A DNA stretch of 64,000 nt, taken from positions 45,446,001-45,510,000 of the forward strand of contig NC_043005.1 of the NCBI RefSeq assembly GCF_006345805.1. Reading direction: 5' to 3'. Position numbers and translations under genes: made by a program. Under the pieces are notes generated by a model. It was not told where the DNA came from. It did not search any database and worked only from the letters and a program-made list of their open reading frames with translations. Source of the DNA: Octopus sinensis (Eukaryota). Position 1 is the first letter of the stretch; every line of letters starts with the position of its first letter. Shown one piece after another: positions 61,376 through 64,000 of this stretch.

Positions 61376-62453
61376 TATTAAAATGCCTTCTAATACGGCG
61401 TCAAGAAACAAATCTTCACCAATTTACTCAATTCAATTAACAGCTAATGATTATTTTAAAATATATATATATTTATTTCAGTTATATAAAATATAGTAAC
61501 AATAAAAGTAGCGACTTGGACATTCTTTAAAATTACAGTAATTAAGATTACTAAATGAATGCAAAAGACAAGATAGATCTCAATGTTTCCCTTCTCTTTG
61601 TAAATCAGGTAATATAATAATACATTAGGAAGTTTCTAGATGTGTTAACTAGTCCAAACATTATTCAGGTGAAGGTATTTATTAACCAGTAATAATGAAA
61701 AGTATCCCGTCGGAGACGGACAGTATTTATATATATATATTGTATGAAAAATGGTTTGAGAAAACTAAAATAATTAAGACGCTTAAAAAGAATTGTTCTT
61801 TCATTCTATTGACACATGAAAATAAAGCGTGAAAAAGGTGTAATTTTTAAAGTCATTATCATCATGATTATTGTTGAAAGGTAGAAAGGCAAAGATTCAC
61901 CCATACACACAATACATATCAGTCAACGAGAAATAAAGGCAACAAACAGACATTAAATCAGTTGTAGGCTCCAATTTCAGATCAAAAGGGGAGTCATTAT
62001 ACTTATTAATATCAGAACATTTGCTAAGGAACAAACACGCAGTCAGTCTTACACGGCAATAAGAAGTGAACCCAAACTTTTGTGCATTCTGAAACATATT
62101 TTACCGGTAAGCAAAGGATGAAGGGTTCGATCCTTACAAAGGGTTGTGTGCGTGTGTGTTTCTAAGTTAAAATATATTTCAGTGGTTGGAAATATTACCT
62201 GTAAACCTAAAAGTTATTAGATTTTTCCGTCGTCACAGCCAGTCCTCAAAATGTTTTCATATATACAAAAACGAGTATATTCAAAGAGTTGCAAGAATTG
62301 TCAGTGATATTTTAGGAGAGAAGAAGAAGGAAAAAACAAAACAAAACAAAACAAGACAAGAAAACAATCTGCTACATTCTTTAGCTGTGACAAAATCAAA
62401 ACTAGAACTTGAAAGGTATCGCTGAACACTTTACACTTCTGAATTATATTTTA

Positions 62454-62523
<70 letters not shown>

Positions 62524-62973
62524 CACACACATATGCATGTGCACCTGGTTTATGTATGCACGTGTAAAAAATTAAAGGAACACGCGCGCGTGGGGATCAC
62601 ACAAACACATACACACTAATGCGTGCGCGCGTTCTTCCTCAGAAGTGAGAACTGATACTTGAAAATTGTCTCTAAGACAACGGACAAAACAAGAGAAAAT
62701 AGTGTTTTATTGTGAACATTAAATCCTTTTCATTGAAATCATATTATATTTCAATAATACTTCAAATTGAATAATAATATTTACTTAGAAAGCTTATTAG
62801 ACTACACGATAAATGTATAAAAAATGCTATGAACTTATCAACACAACTTCCTTTCTAAATACTTCCTAATATAATTATGATTTTATATTAAAGCTTTTTA
62901 AAATAAAAATGTTATACAAAAACATACGCGCATATTAGAGTACATACTCCCCCGTACATATATATATATATAT

Positions 62974-63026
<53 letters not shown>

Positions 63027-63044
63027 ACAAATATATAAACGTAT

Positions 63045-63079
<35 letters not shown>

Positions 63080-63256
63080 ATATATATATATACACACACA
63101 TATATATATACACACACACATATATATATATAGTTTATACACATTAAATACATTATACACACAAATTGCGCGCGCGCACACACATACGCACACTCATGCA
63201 TGCATGCATGTATGTATGTATGTATGTATGTGTGTGTGTGTATGTATGTATGCATG

Positions 63257-63294
<38 letters not shown>

Positions 63295-64000
63295 CTATGT
63301 ATTCGTTTTATACATAAGCACATACATATATTTATATATACAAATTCTGCAAAACAAAAACTAGCTCATAAAGGGTTAAATAAAAAAAAATAATAAATTA
63401 CCGGAGTTTGAAAAAACTTATAAGTAAAGGAAAATAAGTCAATTCTTTAAAGTTATTTCAGGTAATTGAGTTGATTGGAGTTCTCAAAAGATACTTCTGG
63501 AGAAAACTATAAAAATACAACTGCATTTAAAATGGGGGAAAAACCCGAGAGGGGCGTTCCCGTTTCTCTCAATGAAGAAAATATTTATAAATTTGGATTG
63601 CTGTTTAACCTCAGGTCAGCCACGATCGAGAAAGTATGCAGATAGATTGATAGTTTGGCCCCAGGCCAGCCACGATCGAACAAATCTGTGATCAAAAGCA
63701 CTCCAGTGTGACCCATCCTATCTTTTTTTAGACATTATGTAAACCGGATTATTTTTTCCAATGTGTGTCTGTTTAAACACAACAAAGAAGATTTGACTGC
63801 TATCTCAAGGATGTTAAGTAGTTGAGAAACTAGATGCAACTCTCAGATCCAGTTTTCCAGATATACGAAACTTTCACCTAATAGGGGACTGTATTCACAG
63901 GCATACAATGATTTAGAGTATGGTGTGAAGTATGACTGTTTAGACCCATTTCTTTACTACCCACAAGGGGCTAAACACAGAGAGGACAAACAAGGACAGA

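Noticed and set aside
59876-61440. Plus-strand ORFs overlapping the ZNF gene, and the 511-aa TTG-started version
   Set aside because: Antisense shadows with no motifs; the extra 11 codons come from the splice-acceptor tract and 5' UTR.
63612-63679. 18-bp direct repeat cagg(t/c)cagccacgatcga
   Set aside because: Looks like a partial duplication of a short interspersed repeat with relatives near 6690 and 30590; no evidence for a regulatory role.

Overview
AT-rich, microsatellite- and transposon-dense eukaryotic DNA with one 100-N gap (41379-41478). The repeat repertoire looks like an octopod cephalopod genome (inference from memory, not a database result). There is one clear protein-coding gene, on the minus strand: a 500-aa C2H2 zinc-finger protein encoded in a single coding exon (59833-61335). 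It has five N-terminal fingers and a C-terminal finger pair resembling the Ikaros/Hunchback dimerisation domain, plus a PEDLS CtBP motif, two SUMO consensus sites and a 4x10-aa Ser-Pro repeat. The other ~59 kb is mostly repeats: three tRNA-headed SINE groups (my labels A, B, D), (GAT)n-tailed 3' modules (C, E), 5'-truncated LINE remnants (Penelope with GIY-YIG, three R4/Dong, two RTE, one L1/Tx1-like), hAT-, piggyBac- and Tc1/mariner-type MITEs, and a Helentron-like element. The most notable observations are: the Ikaros-like feature set on a non-Ikaros DNA-binding array; a MITE carrying a fragment of the SINE family it sits in; head-to-tail SINE trains; a 24-unit palindromic minisatellite; a decayed Penelope-type hammerhead; and candidate minus-strand exons downstream of the gene. 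I see no CRISPR array, true tRNA or rRNA gene, or intact transposase/RT. Repeat boundaries were read by eye and are approximate (about +/-10 bp). Most ORF-track entries are microsatellite or repeat artefacts.
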